From positions 4,537 through 68,536 of the forward strand of contig JAISLI010000026.1 in assembly GCA_031291035.1 (NCBI GenBank): 64,000 nucleotides of DNA, given 5' to 3'. Numbering within the stretch: position 1 is the stretch's first letter; each line of letters starts with the position of its first letter. The DNA is from Desulfovibrio sp. GTDB taxonomy: Bacteria > Desulfobacterota > Desulfovibrionia > Desulfovibrionales > Desulfovibrionaceae. Positions 9,199-19,515 of the stretch are shown one piece after another. The notes under the pieces are model-generated. The model was not told the origin of the DNA. It did no database searches and saw only the letters and a program-made list of their open reading frames with translations. The translations under genes and the position numbers were made by a program.

Positions 9199-10053
9199 TC
9201 ATGAGGCTTTCCCGTCGCCGGCAAGCAGCATTTTCGCCGCGAACGCCGCGGCGCCGAACCCGTTGTTGATATTGACCACCGCCACGCCCGGCACACAGGT
9301 GCAGAGCATGGTTGTAAGGGCGGCAAAACCGCCGGCCCCGACGCCATAGCCCACGGATGTGGGCACAGCCACAACCGGGGATCTGATGATCCCGGCCAGA
9401 ACGCCGGGCAAAGCGCCTTCCATGCCGGCCACGGCAATGACCCCCTTTGCTTTGCGCAGTGCCCCGATATGCGGCAGGATGCGGTGCAGGCCGGACACCC
9501 CCACGTCGCTCACAAGGCCGGCGTCGCAATCCAGAAAGGCGAGGGTGCCGAGGGCTTCCAGGGCCACGGGCATGTCCGAGGCCCCGGCGGAAACCACCAG
9601 AATATCGCCTTGCCGGGGCCATGCTCCGTCCGTTTCCGCCCGCGCCGCATCAACCGGCGCCCGGGCAAACGCCCTGAAACGCTCCGGAGCGTTCAGCGCG
9701 AAAAGACAGGCTTTTTGCCAGTACTGCCCAGCGGGAAAGCGCGCGCGCAAGGCTTCCCCCTGAACCGACGTCACGCGGCTCGCCAGTGCCGGCCCATGAC
9801 GGGAAAGTCCCTCCAGCGCGGAAAAAAGCAGGTCGTCGCTCTTGCCCTCGGCAAAAACGACTTCACCCACGCCCGCGCGCGGTCCACGTTCCGGATCAAG
9901 CGTGAGGCCCGAATCCCGCTCCTGAAAACGGGGCGCAAACCCGTCAAGGGTAGCGCGCACATTCGCGGCGCATACGCGCTCCAGCGCCGCATCGGGCTCA
10001 AGACGCCCCTCCGCCACCAGAGCAAGAATATCGCGCAACAAAGCTGTTTCCAT
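9199..10053 (-). CDS. larB: Nickel pincer cofactor biosynthesis protein LarB (PurE-like)
   Basis: EVVFAEGK, SAGASDMPVALEA, DVGVSGLHR, VAGMEGALP, VPTSVGYG, VNINNGFGAA. Confidence 0.85.
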   Translation of the reverse strand: METALLRDILALVAEGRLEPDAALERVCAANVRATLDGFAPRFQERDSGLTLDPERGPRAGVGEVVFAEGKSDDLLFSALEGLSRHGPALASRVTSVQGEALRARFPAGQYWQKACLFALNAPERFRAFARAPVDAARAETDGAWPRQGDILVVSAGASDMPVALEALGTLAFLDCDAGLVSDVGVSGLHRILPHIGALRKAKGVIAVAGMEGALPGVLAGIIRSPVVAVPTSVGYGVGAGGFAALTTMLCTCVPGVAVVNINNGFGAAAFAAKMLLAGDGKAS

Positions 10054-10168
10054 CTGGAAACGGTCTCACATCACCCTCTTTTTTGCAAGTCAAAGTGTCG
10101 CGAGCACATGATATGCCCGATGTAGGCAGCAGGTGTAGTACGAATTTAAAAAAAATGTTAAAAATAGA

Positions 10169-10197
10169 TTGCACGGGAAAGAACTCTCGGGTAGCAT
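10169..10197 (+). promoter_or_regulatory. Putative sigma70 promoter of the Co/Ni uptake operon
   Basis: TTGCAC-17 nt-TAGCAT, 65 nt upstream of the DUF4198 ATG. Confidence 0.55.
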
Positions 10198-10261
10198 CCC
10201 ACATGCGATCGCCTCAGCAGCGCGTCAACTCCCCCAAAAATGCAACAAAAAGGAAATCAGT

Positions 10262-11068
10262 ATGCTGAAAACGACATCCGCCGCTCAAAAACTTTTCCGG
10301 GTCGCCCTGGCGCTGGCGCTTGTGCTGTGCTGCGCCACGCGGGCCGAGGCGCATTTCGGCATGGTCATCCCCTCATCTTCCACAGTGCCGGAAAAACAGG
10401 ATTCCGCGCTCACTCTTGACATTGCCTTTGCCCACCCCATGGAACGGGAGGGAATGGACATGGCCAAGCCCAAATCCCTCACCCTGACGCATGACGGAAA
10501 AAAGGAAGACCTCACGGCCCGGCTTACGCCCGCGATCATCATGAAGCACAAGGCCTGGCAGGCCCGCTATGCCGTAAGCCGGCCCGGCGTCCACCAGTTC
10601 GCCGTGACGCCGGAACCGTATTTTGAGCCGGCCGAGGACACCTATATTGTCCACTACACGAAAACCGTTGTGGCCGCTTTCGGAGAAGAGGATGGCTGGA
10701 GCGAGCCTATCGGCCTGCCGGCCGAAATCGTACCTTTGACGCGGCCCTTCGGCAACTATGCCGGCAACGTGTTTCGCGGACTTGTGCTTGTTAACGGCAA
10801 ACCGGCTCCCAATACGGATGTGGAAGTGGAATACTACAATGCGCGTGGCCGCCGTGCGGCCCCCAATCCGTATTTTGTGACCCAGGTTGTCAGAACGGAC
10901 GCCGACGGCGTTTTTGCCTATGGCATTCCGTGGGACGGCTGGTGGGGTTTTGCCGCTCTGAGCGAGAGCAAGGAGAAGCTGGATTACAAGGGCGTCCCCA
11001 AACCTGTGGAAATCGGCGCGGTATTGTGGACGGAGTTTGCCGCCCCCAAGGTTTCAACCGGGAAATAG
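10262..11068 (+). CDS. DUF4198 periplasmic protein (Co/Ni uptake-associated)
   Basis: Signal peptide ending [10 protein letters not shown]; [23 protein letters not shown]. Confidence 0.8.
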   Translation: MLKTTSAAQKLFRVALALALVLCCATRAEAHFGMVIPSSSTVPEKQDSALTLDIAFAHPMEREGMDMAKPKSLTLTHDGKKEDLTARLTPAIIMKHKAWQARYAVSRPGVHQFAVTPEPYFEPAEDTYIVHYTKTVVAAFGEEDGWSEPIGLPAEIVPLTRPFGNYAGNVFRGLVLVNGKPAPNTDVEVEYYNARGRRAAPNPYFVTQVVRTDADGVFAYGIPWDGWWGFAALSESKEKLDYKGVPKPVEIGAVLWTEFAAPKVSTGK

Positions 11069-11070
11069 AC

Positions 11071-11673
11071 ATGCACGTTTCCGAGGGTGTCCTCTCCCCG
11101 GCCGTACTGGGGGCCGGGGCCGCGCTGGCGGCTCTGGGCACGGCCGTCGGCCTGCGCCGTCCGGACTATGACAGACTCATGACGGTCGCCCTGCTTTCAG
11201 CCGCGTTTTTTGTGGGCTCACTCGTTCACATACCCATAGGTCCGGGGAGCGTGCATCTTATTCTGAACGGCCTTCTGGGGGTACTGCTCGGCTGGGCGGC
11301 ATTCCCCGCCATTCTCGCGGCCCTGGTCCTGCAGGCGCTCCTCTTTCAATACGGAGGGCTGACGGTACTTGGCGTCAACACGTTCAACATGGCCTTTTCC
11401 GGCGTGCTGTCCGCCTATGCCTACAGGGCGCTTGTCCGCCTTCTGCCCGGTCCGCGCGGGCGGAAGGCCGCCGCCTTCTGCGGCGGGGCGCTGGGCGTGG
11501 CGCTGGCCGGATTTTTTACGGCGGCGGCCCTGGCTTTCAGTGACGAAGGCTTTCTTGTGGCGGCCAAACTGCTCTTCCTGGCGCATTTGCCCGTTATGGC
11601 CGTTGAAGGCGTCATTACCCTGTTCGCCGTCACCTTTATCGCGCGCGTGCGCCCGGAGATGCTGAATCTGTGA
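11071..11673 (+). CDS. cbiM: ECF Co/Ni transporter substrate component CbiM
   Basis: N-terminal MHVSEG metal-binding motif; SVHLILNGLLG, LFQYGG, LGVNTFNM. Confidence 0.92.
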   Translation: MHVSEGVLSPAVLGAGAALAALGTAVGLRRPDYDRLMTVALLSAAFFVGSLVHIPIGPGSVHLILNGLLGVLLGWAAFPAILAALVLQALLFQYGGLTVLGVNTFNMAFSGVLSAYAYRALVRLLPGPRGRKAAAFCGGALGVALAGFFTAAALAFSDEGFLVAAKLLFLAHLPVMAVEGVITLFAVTFIARVRPEMLNL

Positions 11674-12281
11674 AAATTCCCGTCCTTGCGGCCGCTTTGC
11701 TCCTGCTGGCCGCGTTCCCCTCGTTTGCCCACCGCGTGAACATCTACGCCTGGCTTGAAGGCGACAGCGTACAGGCGCGTTGCTCCTTCAACCGCGGCTC
11801 CCCCGTCAGGAACGGCCGCATCACCGTGTATGCCGCAACGGACGGCAGGGAACTGCTCAACGGCCTTACCGACGACGAAGGAAATTTTCGTTTTCCCGTT
11901 CCGGAGCAGGCGAAGGAAAACGGTCTGCGCATACGGATAAACGCCGGCGAAGGCCATGAAAACGAATGGCGCATGGAGGCCCGGGAGTTTTCCGCACGGG
12001 AAACGGCGGCAACCGGAGCCGGTGGGGCCGCGTCATCTCCGCCGGGCGATGGAGATCTTGCGGCGGAAACCGGAACGCCGGCCGCGCGGGAGACGGCCAG
12101 CCCGCAGGAAGTGCGGCGCATCGTTTCCGAAGTTATGGAGACCAGCCTCGCTCCTCTGCGGCGGGAGCTGGCCGCGCTGGTCAATCCGGAACCCGGCCCC
12201 AGAGAGATTGTCGGCGGCTTGGGCTGGCTTGTCGGCCTTGCCGGGATCGCGCTTTACTTCAGAAGCCGAAGAAAGCCGTGA
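11670..12281 (+). CDS. CbiL/NikL-like accessory component
   Basis: Signal peptide then AHRVNIYA; DAGEGH-like motif (INAGEGH); C-terminal TM GGLGWLVGLAG; position in operon. Confidence 0.65.
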   Translation: MKIPVLAAALLLLAAFPSFAHRVNIYAWLEGDSVQARCSFNRGSPVRNGRITVYAATDGRELLNGLTDDEGNFRFPVPEQAKENGLRIRINAGEGHENEWRMEAREFSARETAATGAGGAASSPPGDGDLAAETGTPAARETASPQEVRRIVSEVMETSLAPLRRELAALVNPEPGPREIVGGLGWLVGLAGIALYFRSRRKP

Positions 12282-13006
12282 CGCTGTCCGCCCTTGATCC
12301 CCGCGTGCGCCTCGGCCTGGCCGCCCTGACCACGCTGTGCCTGGCTCTTGTGCAACAGATTTCCTCAGGTCTGCTCGGTCTTGTCTTCGGCCTCGGTTTG
12401 CTCCGCCTCGCGCGGCCGGCTGTGACAAGCCTGCCGCGGCGTCTCGCGGCGGTCAACATTTTTGTGCTTTTTCTCTGGTGCGTGCTCCCCTTTACCATGC
12501 CCGGCGAACAAATCTCTTTCGGATGGCTCGCCGCGAGTCTGCCCGGCCTGCGTCTGTCCCTGCTCATCACCCTCAAGGCCAACGCCATTTTCTGCGTATT
12601 CCAGGCTCTATCCGGCGACATGCCCCCGTCCGCGGCCGGCCGCGCGCTGGAGGGCCTCGGCTGCCCGGCCAAACTGGTATTTCTTTTTCTGGTCACGGGC
12701 CGCTATGTCCATCTGCTCATGGAAGAATGGCAGACCCTCATGGACGCCGCCAAATTGCGCGGTTTCGCGCCGCGCGCCGGATTGCGCGCTTGGCGCGTCC
12801 TGGCCTGCCTGCTGGGGCTTCTGCTGATTCGCAGCCACGAGCGCTCCCGCCGGGTATATGAGGCCATGAGCCTGAGGGCCTTTACGGGCAATTTCAGAAC
12901 CGTGACCCTGTTTCAGACGCGCCCGGCGGACGCCATCCTGGCTCTTGTCGTTCTCCTTTTCCTCGCGGGCATCGCCCTGACGGAAATGGGCCTTGTCCAT
13001 GTCTGA
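12278..13006 (+). CDS. cbiQ: ECF transporter T component CbiQ
   Basis: LDPRVRL, RYVHLL, AAKLRGF, AMSLRAF. Confidence 0.88.
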   Translation: MTLSALDPRVRLGLAALTTLCLALVQQISSGLLGLVFGLGLLRLARPAVTSLPRRLAAVNIFVLFLWCVLPFTMPGEQISFGWLAASLPGLRLSLLITLKANAIFCVFQALSGDMPPSAAGRALEGLGCPAKLVFLFLVTGRYVHLLMEEWQTLMDAAKLRGFAPRAGLRAWRVLACLLGLLLIRSHERSRRVYEAMSLRAFTGNFRTVTLFQTRPADAILALVVLLFLAGIALTEMGLVHV

Positions 13007-13787
13007 GGCGGCGCGGCGGGAATCCATCTTCAGTCTGGAACACGTCCATCTGGCCTATGTTCAGGAAGAAACACGCAGGACAGTGCTGCGTGACGTCAAT
13101 TTCGCCTTTTTCCCCGGACAGCAGATCGCCCTTTATGGCCCCAACGGCAGCGGCAAAACCACGCTGTTCCGCTGCATAACCGGTCTTGTGCGTCCGCAAC
13201 GCGGACTGGTGCGTTTTCATGAGGCAATCATGCGGACGGAAAAGGATTTTCTCGCCCTGCGCCGCAACGTGGGTTTTGTGCTGCAGCAGGCCGAGGATCA
13301 GCTTTTTTTCCCCACGGTGCTGGAAGACGTGGCCTTCGGCCCCCTCAATCTGGGCCTTGCGCCGGAAGAAGCGCGGGAACGCGCTCTTGACACGCTGGCA
13401 AGCCTTGAGCTTTCCGGCTTTGAAAACCGGCTCATCCACCAGCTTTCCGGCGGAGAGAAAAAACTGGTTTCCCTGGCCGGCGTACTCGCCATGAGGCCCG
13501 AGGCCCTTTTGCTGGATGAGCCAACCACCGGCCTGGACAGCGCGTCACGGGATCGCCTGACAGAAATATTGCGCGGCCTTGCGACGCCGCGTGTCGTCAT
13601 TTCCCACGACTGGGATTTTCTCGCCCGGGTGACTACGGAATGCCTGACCATCCGGGAGGGCGGCCTGCACCGATTCTCCCCCTCTTTCGCCCACGCGCAC
13701 CTGCACGCGCACCCGCTGGGCGATGAGCCGCACGAACACAACACAGGGCAGCCCGCGGGCATGGTCCTGAGGAAGTCCAACGGGTAA
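12999..13787 (+). CDS. cbiO: ECF ATPase CbiO with His-rich tail
   Basis: GPNGSGKT, LSGGEKK, LLLDEPT; tail HAHLHAH...HEH. Confidence 0.92.
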   Translation: MSEAARRESIFSLEHVHLAYVQEETRRTVLRDVNFAFFPGQQIALYGPNGSGKTTLFRCITGLVRPQRGLVRFHEAIMRTEKDFLALRRNVGFVLQQAEDQLFFPTVLEDVAFGPLNLGLAPEEARERALDTLASLELSGFENRLIHQLSGGEKKLVSLAGVLAMRPEALLLDEPTTGLDSASRDRLTEILRGLATPRVVISHDWDFLARVTTECLTIREGGLHRFSPSFAHAHLHAHPLGDEPHEHNTGQPAGMVLRKSNG

Positions 13788-13871
13788 CCAAAGGGATATC
13801 CGTATACAACTTGTGCTACGGGCTATGCCGTATGCCTCACGGGCGGCCCCGCGCTGTGCAATCCGGAGAGA

Positions 13872-14219
13872 TCAGGAGCGGGCGAGAAAATCCAGACATT
13901 TTTCAGTCAGTTCATCCGCCAGATTCTCCACATCGGCGATTTCTTCCCGCGTGATGCCGTCATAGTGTATCCCGGCGCTCACGCAGACGGCGCGGCCCAA
14001 GGATTGCGCCAAAGTCCGGGCCATGCGCAGGGCTGTTCCGCCTTCCCTGTGTCCGGGCAGACAAAGGCTCTGCCCGCCGCCGGGTCGGGCGAGCGCCACA
14101 GCGCCGATATGGGCGTCCCCCCCGCAAAGCAGGCACTGCGCGTCCGCGCCCACGCGAATAATGCGGGCCTCAAGGGTTATTCTTCCGGCCTGGGCCGTAA
14201 AGCGGGCGGAATTTTTCAC
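13872..14219 (-). CDS. LpdD-like small protein (prenylated-flavin chaperone family)
   Basis: GGDAHIGAVALA, LPGHRE, VCVSAGIHYDGIT.EEI pattern. Confidence 0.6.
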   Translation of the reverse strand: MKNSARFTAQAGRITLEARIIRVGADAQCLLCGGDAHIGAVALARPGGGQSLCLPGHREGGTALRMARTLAQSLGRAVCVSAGIHYDGITREEIADVENLADELTEKCLDFLARS

Positions 14220-14406
14220 AATGCCGGCACTCTATCCCGGACGGTCTTCTTCCGCAAGGCCGGCCTTGCGCGGGGCACGTCCAGATTTCTGTTGACTTCC
14301 GCGCGGACATGCTATGATAGTAAGCCATGGCCGAACTTGCTTTTTCCGAATGCCGTCCCGGCGGCGGACATCGCCGGGGGGAGTTCCCGGTTTGCCGGGA
14401 GGGCGC

Positions 14407-15543
14407 GTGAAGGCCCTGCGGGAAGGATTCACCACCGGCACGGCGGCGGCGGGCGCTGCCCTGGCGGCGCTGACTCTGCTTGTGGAAGGGCACGCTCCCG
14501 TCAATGTTTCCGTCCCCTTGCCGCCGTATCAAGCGCCGTCCGGCTGCTCCGGGTTTGTGACCGTGCCGGTGGAGCGCTGCCGCCTGCTCGGCGGGGATGA
14601 AATCTCCGGCGCTCCCCGTGCGGAGGCGGGCGTACGCAAAGACGGCGGGGATGACCCCGACGTCACATCGGGCGCGCTCATTTTGTCCCGTGTGACGCTG
14701 GAGCCGTTGCGGCGGGCTTTGCCGTCGGACAGGGGATTTGTCCGTCTTGAGGGGGGCGGGGGAGTGGGCCGCGTGACGTTGCCCGGCCTGCCCGTGCCGA
14801 TGGGGGAGGCCGCCATCAATCCCGTTCCCCGGGAGCAGATGCGCGTTGCCCTGAGCCGTTATGCCATGTGGACGGCCCCGAGTTTCGGGCCGTGTCCTCC
14901 CCTGTCCGTGGTCATCAGCGTTCCCGGCGGGGAGAATCTCGCCCCGCGCACGCTCAATCCGCGCCTGGGCATTATGGGCGGTATTTCGATTCTGGGCACT
15001 CAGGGCACTGTGCGCCCTTACAGCCACGCGGCCTGGCGGGCGACGGTCCAACAGGGGCTTGATGTCGCCTTGGCCTCCGGCTGCGCGACGGTGTGCCTTT
15101 CCACCGGCCGCCGTTCGGAAGCGCTGCTCATGCGGAGGTACCCGCGCCTTTCGCCGCTGTCTTTTATCCAGGCGGCCGATTTTGCCGCGTTTTCCCTGCG
15201 CGCGGCAGGAGCCATGCCCTTTGCGGACGTAGTCTGGGGCTGTTTTTTCGGCAAGTTGCTCAAACTGGCCCAAGGCATGGAATACACCCACGCGCGGGAG
15301 GGGGACATTGACTTCGCGGCTCTGGCGACGCTGTGCTCAGGCATCGGCGCCCATTGCGCCGATGCCGTGCGGCGCTGCGCCACCGCCGCCCAGGCCCTGG
15401 AAATCCTGCTTGCAGACGAGGCGGGGCATCCGGCGCTGGAACGAGTTGCGCGCGTGGCGGCCGCCAAGGCGGCCTGTTTTGCCGGACGGGCTGTAAACAT
15501 CAACCTTTTTCACACGGACGGGGGCTTTTTGTGCGCGGCGTAA
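14407..15543 (+). CDS. cbiD: Cobalt-precorrin-5B C1-methyltransferase
   Basis: LREGFTTGTAAA, KDGGDDPDVT, AINPVP, TLNPRLGIMGGISILGT. Confidence 0.95.
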   Translation: MKALREGFTTGTAAAGAALAALTLLVEGHAPVNVSVPLPPYQAPSGCSGFVTVPVERCRLLGGDEISGAPRAEAGVRKDGGDDPDVTSGALILSRVTLEPLRRALPSDRGFVRLEGGGGVGRVTLPGLPVPMGEAAINPVPREQMRVALSRYAMWTAPSFGPCPPLSVVISVPGGENLAPRTLNPRLGIMGGISILGTQGTVRPYSHAAWRATVQQGLDVALASGCATVCLSTGRRSEALLMRRYPRLSPLSFIQAADFAAFSLRAAGAMPFADVVWGCFFGKLLKLAQGMEYTHAREGDIDFAALATLCSGIGAHCADAVRRCATAAQALEILLADEAGHPALERVARVAAAKAACFAGRAVNINLFHTDGGFLCAA

Positions 15544-17009
15544 AACAGCAGGCGCTTCTGCCGGGCATAACGCCCAAAAAGTCGCAAAGCCCGCCGGAAC
15601 AGGAATCCCCCGGAGAAAACACGGCTCAGGCGGCCGCGCCTGAGGGGCAAAAAGACGCATGGCCCCCCATGACGGAAATGCTGAACTCCCTGCTTGTTTT
15701 TGAATCTCCCGCGCAACAGCCGGACCCGGAACCTTCAGAGCCTGAATGCCGGTCTCTCTCCGCCCCAGAACCCGTTGTAGTTCTGGGCGTTGCCGGCGGT
15801 TGCCGCGTCCTGTCCGAAGCCCGGCGTCAACTGCTGGCGAGCGCGGATCTTCTTTGCGCCGGACGCGGTCTGTTGCGGCGTCTGCTCCCGGAAATCGGCG
15901 AGAACGGCGGCGCGGACGGAAATGTACTGGTTCTCGCCGCTCCGCTGGAACCCGTCTACGCGCGGATTGCGGAGGCCCATGCCGCCGGCCTGCGCGTGCT
16001 GGTGCTGGCTGACGGGGATCCCCTGTTTTTCGGCATAGGCGCGAGTCTGGCGCGGCGCATGGGCAGGGAGGCCGTGCGCGTCATCCCCGCGCTGAGCAGC
16101 CTGCAACTGGCCTGCGCCCGTCTCGGCCTGCCCTGGCACGACGTTGTCTGCCTTTCCTTGCACGGGAGAGACAATTTTGGCCCGCTCAACGCGTCCGTGA
16201 GCCGGGGCGCGCCGCTTTGCGTGCTGACGGACAGCGACATCCGGCCGGACGCCGTGGCGCGGCACCTGCTCGACCGCGGGGTGGACTGGTTTTTCGCGCA
16301 TGTTTTCGAACGCCTGAATTTTCCGGATGAAGCGGCGGCCCATGTGCCTCTGGACAAAGCGGCGGGCATGGACTTTGGCCCGTCATGCACGCTCGTGCTG
16401 ACCCCCTCGGCTTCGCCGCGCTGGCCCTTTCTCGGTCTGGGGAGCGGGGATCTGGCGGCGGACGGGGTTGTGACCAAAACCCCCGTCCGCGCCGCGGCGT
16501 TGGCGCTGCTGCGCATCGCGCCCGGGCATACTGTCTGGGATATCGGCTCCGGTTCCGGGGCCGTGGCCATTGAGGCCGCCGCGCTGGCCCATCGGGGGCT
16601 GGTCGTGGCGGTTGAAAAGAAGCCCGAGCGGATTTTGTGCATTGAGGAAAACCGCCGCCGTTTCGGCGCGGCCCTTGTGGATATCCGTCTGGGGGAATCG
16701 CCCGGCTGCCTTGACGCGCTGCCGGACCCCCAGCGTGTCTTCATCGGCGGGGGCATTTCCGGAAAAGACGGCCCGCGGACGCTCCTGGAGGTAAGCCGCC
16801 GCCTGCCGCCCGGCGGACGGGTGGTTGCCGCGTGCGTTCTGCTGGACACCCTTGCCCGCTGCCGTGACTTTTTCAGAGAGCGGGACTGGCCTTGCGAGAT
16901 TGTCTGCGTGCAGGCGGCGGAATCCCGCCCTCTGGCGGGCGACGCGCATCTTGCCGCCATGAATCCGGTGTTTGTGCTGGCCGCGCAAAAACCCGGGAGG
17001 GCATCATAA
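15531..17009 (+). CDS. cbiET: Bifunctional cobalt-precorrin-7 C5/C15-methyltransferase (CbiE/CbiT)
   Basis: LADGDPLFFGIG, PALSSLQ, SLHGR, VWDIGSGSGAVAIE, VFIGGG; start uncertain (15531 or 15669). Confidence 0.88.
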   Translation: MRGVKQQALLPGITPKKSQSPPEQESPGENTAQAAAPEGQKDAWPPMTEMLNSLLVFESPAQQPDPEPSEPECRSLSAPEPVVVLGVAGGCRVLSEARRQLLASADLLCAGRGLLRRLLPEIGENGGADGNVLVLAAPLEPVYARIAEAHAAGLRVLVLADGDPLFFGIGASLARRMGREAVRVIPALSSLQLACARLGLPWHDVVCLSLHGRDNFGPLNASVSRGAPLCVLTDSDIRPDAVARHLLDRGVDWFFAHVFERLNFPDEAAAHVPLDKAAGMDFGPSCTLVLTPSASPRWPFLGLGSGDLAADGVVTKTPVRAAALALLRIAPGHTVWDIGSGSGAVAIEAAALAHRGLVVAVEKKPERILCIEENRRRFGAALVDIRLGESPGCLDALPDPQRVFIGGGISGKDGPRTLLEVSRRLPPGGRVVAACVLLDTLARCRDFFRERDWPCEIVCVQAAESRPLAGDAHLAAMNPVFVLAAQKPGRAS

Positions 17010-17765
17010 ATGCCCGGTCTTGTTTCTTTTGTGGGTGCCGGCCCGGGGGATCCGGAACTCGTGACCATCAAGGGCCGCAAGGCGATAGAGGAAGCGGGGC
17101 TTGTTCTTTACGCCGGTTCTCTCGTGCCGCCCGGCGTGGTGGCCGGCGCGCGCGCCGACGCGCGCGCGCTGGATTCGTCTCCGCTCACCCTGGAGGAGTG
17201 CCACGCTCTTGTGAAAGAGGCTTCTCTCGCCGGGGAGAGGGTGGCGCGCGTGCACACGGGGGATCCCTCGCTGTACGGCGCGCTGCGGGAACAGGCGGAA
17301 CTGCTGGACAGGGACGGCATACCCTGGCGCGTCATTCCCGGCGTCACGGCGGCCTGCGCAGCGGCCGCGGCCGCGGGGATAACCTTTACCGTGCCGGAGC
17401 TCACCCAAAGCCTGATCATCACGCGCCTGGAAGGGCGCACGCCCATGCCCGGACGGGAGAAAATCCGCCATTTGGCCGCGCACCAAAGCTCTTTGGCCAT
17501 CTATCTGGCCGGCAGGGACGCGGCGAGGGCGCGCGAGGAACTTCTTCTCGCGCTTCCGTCCGGTACGCCCGTCCTGTGCGCGCACCTTGTGGGCTGGCCG
17601 GAAGAACGGCTTGTCTGGACGGATGTTGAAAATTTGGCCCGTTGCGTTGAGGAAAACCGCCTGGAAAACGATACGGTATTTCTCGTCCTGCCGGCGGAGG
17701 GCAGGGCTGGCGCGCCTTCGCGTCTGTATGCCGCCGGTTTCCGCCACTCGTTTCGCCAGGCGTAA
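17010..17765 (+). CDS. cbiF: Precorrin-4 C11-methyltransferase
   Basis: FVGAGPGDPELVT, LYAGSLV, VHTGDPSLYGA, IPGVTA. Confidence 0.93.
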   Translation: MPGLVSFVGAGPGDPELVTIKGRKAIEEAGLVLYAGSLVPPGVVAGARADARALDSSPLTLEECHALVKEASLAGERVARVHTGDPSLYGALREQAELLDRDGIPWRVIPGVTAACAAAAAAGITFTVPELTQSLIITRLEGRTPMPGREKIRHLAAHQSSLAIYLAGRDAARAREELLLALPSGTPVLCAHLVGWPEERLVWTDVENLARCVEENRLENDTVFLVLPAEGRAGAPSRLYAAGFRHSFRQA

Positions 17766-17770
17766 TGTTT

Positions 17771-18994
17771 TCAGGCGACATCCCAGTCCAGTCCGAACGT
17801 GTCGTGCAGGATGCGCACAGCCAGCTCCACATATTTTTCCTGGATCAGGATGGTAATTTTTATTTCCGACGTGCTGATCATCAGAATATTGATGCCTTCC
17901 TGGGTCAGGGCGGCGAAAGCCCTGGCCGCCACGCCGGAATGGTTGCGCATACCCACGCCGATGGCCGAAACCTTGGCCACATTCACGTCGTGCACCACTT
18001 CGGCCGCGCCGGTTTTGGCGGCGACCTCCGCCGTGATTTCCAGGGTGTGTTTCAGATCCTTGCGGGAGATGGTGAAGGTGATATCCGTCAGGCCGTCAAG
18101 GCTTGTGTTCTGCACAATCATGTCAACAAGCACGCCTTTTTCGGAAAGCGGGCCGAAGACAGCCGCGGCGACGCCCGGCACATCGGGCACGTCGTGCAGG
18201 GTTACGCGGGCCTGATCCCTGTCGTACGCGATGCCGGAAACGAGCAGAGCTTCCATGCTGGAATCCTCCTGGGTGACAAGAGTGCCGGGGTCGTCATTGA
18301 AGGTGGAGCGCACCCGGACGGGAACATTGTATTTCTGGGCAAATTCCACAGAGCGGATATGGAGCACCTTTGCGCCCATGCTGGCCATTTCCAGCATTTC
18401 GCTGTAGGCGACGCGGTCCATTTTGCGGGCCGCGGAGCAAATATTGGGGTCGGTGGTGTAAACGCCGTCAACATCCGTGTAAATTTCACACTCCACAGAG
18501 CCGAGGGCCGCGGCCAGAGCCACGGCCGACGTGTCCGAACCGCCGCGTCCCAGCGTGGTGACGCGCCCGTCTTCCGTACAGCCCTGAAAGCCCGTCACCA
18601 CAAGCACATCGTAGCGATCCAGAAAGGCGCGCAGGGCTTCGCTCCCGATGGAGCGGATGCGCGCGCGGCCGAAACTGTCGTCCGTGACGACGGGTATCTG
18701 GCAGGCCAGCAGGGAGCGGGCCTTTATGCCGCCGTCCTTGAGCAGCATGGTGAAAAGGGCCACGGAAACCTGTTCGCCGGTGGAAGCAAGGACGTCGCAT
18801 TCCGCCCGGTCCGGATTTTTTGACCACTGCCCCGCCAGGGCCAGCAGATTGTCGGTGTCACCGGCGCGGGCCGAGAGTACGGCCACGACCTTGTCGGCGC
18901 GTCCGAGGCCGTCCTCCACCTTTTCACGCACCTTTTGCATGCGTTCCAGCGTGGCGACCGAGGTGCCGCCGAATTTTTGCACAAGAATTTTCAT
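17771..18994 (-). CDS. lysC: Aspartate kinase
   Basis: VQKFGGTSV, TLGRGGSDTSA, TDVDGVYT, two ACT domains, STSEIK. Confidence 0.96.
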   Translation of the reverse strand: MKILVQKFGGTSVATLERMQKVREKVEDGLGRADKVVAVLSARAGDTDNLLALAGQWSKNPDRAECDVLASTGEQVSVALFTMLLKDGGIKARSLLACQIPVVTDDSFGRARIRSIGSEALRAFLDRYDVLVVTGFQGCTEDGRVTTLGRGGSDTSAVALAAALGSVECEIYTDVDGVYTTDPNICSAARKMDRVAYSEMLEMASMGAKVLHIRSVEFAQKYNVPVRVRSTFNDDPGTLVTQEDSSMEALLVSGIAYDRDQARVTLHDVPDVPGVAAAVFGPLSEKGVLVDMIVQNTSLDGLTDITFTISRKDLKHTLEITAEVAAKTGAAEVVHDVNVAKVSAIGVGMRNHSGVAARAFAALTQEGINILMISTSEIKITILIQEKYVELAVRILHDTFGLDWDVA

Positions 18995-19500
18995 AGCAGC
19001 CATGCCTTTTGTTCCTTCCCGCCTGTTCCCGGCCAGTACCGGCACAACTCGCGCGTCAGTTCCTTCGCGTCGCGGCCGACAGCGTTTACGGTCAGCAATC
19101 GCGCAGTTTCGCACGGGGTAAAAAGTATGTCCAGAAATTCTTCGGGGAGATCGGCCCCGGGCAGGAATTCGGCCCATTCGAGAACAGTCAGTATGTCGGC
19201 GTCCCGCAACGCTTCTGTGAGTTCTTCCGGCGGCGAGTCCGGGCAGCGGTACAAATCGCCGTGCAGCATGGCCGGGGTGGTGGGATAGCGATTGCAGAGG
19301 GTAAAGGACGGGCTGCCCGTTTCCGCGGATTCGCCGCCGGGCAGAGACTGGGCAAGGCGGCAGGCGAAGGTTGTTTTGCCGCTGCCCAGCGGCCCCCGCA
19401 GCAGAAGCGCTCTCACGGGCCTGAGGCGGGGAAGGCGCAGCGCGAACCAGCGCGCCAGGCGTTCCGTGTCTTCAAGGCTTTCAAGGCGTATTTCGGCCAC
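18991..19500 (-). CDS. tsaE: tRNA t6A biosynthesis ATPase
   Basis: [29 protein letters not shown]; start estimated. Confidence 0.9.
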   Translation of the reverse strand: MAEIRLESLEDTERLARWFALRLPRLRPVRALLLRGPLGSGKTTFACRLAQSLPGGESAETGSPSFTLCNRYPTTPAMLHGDLYRCPDSPPEELTEALRDADILTVLEWAEFLPGADLPEEFLDILFTPCETARLLTVNAVGRDAKELTRELCRYWPGTGGKEQKAWLL

Positions 19501-19515
19501 GGCGGACTGCCCCGC

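Noticed and set aside
10054-10261. Cobalamin riboswitch or NikR site before the Co/Ni operon
   Set aside because: No B12-box/GGGAA core or clean palindrome recognised; only a sigma70 promoter is supported
14261-14282. CCGCAAGGCCGGCCTTGCGCGG palindrome as another MITE copy
   Set aside because: Shares only GCAAGG/CCTTGC; no arm or terminus match
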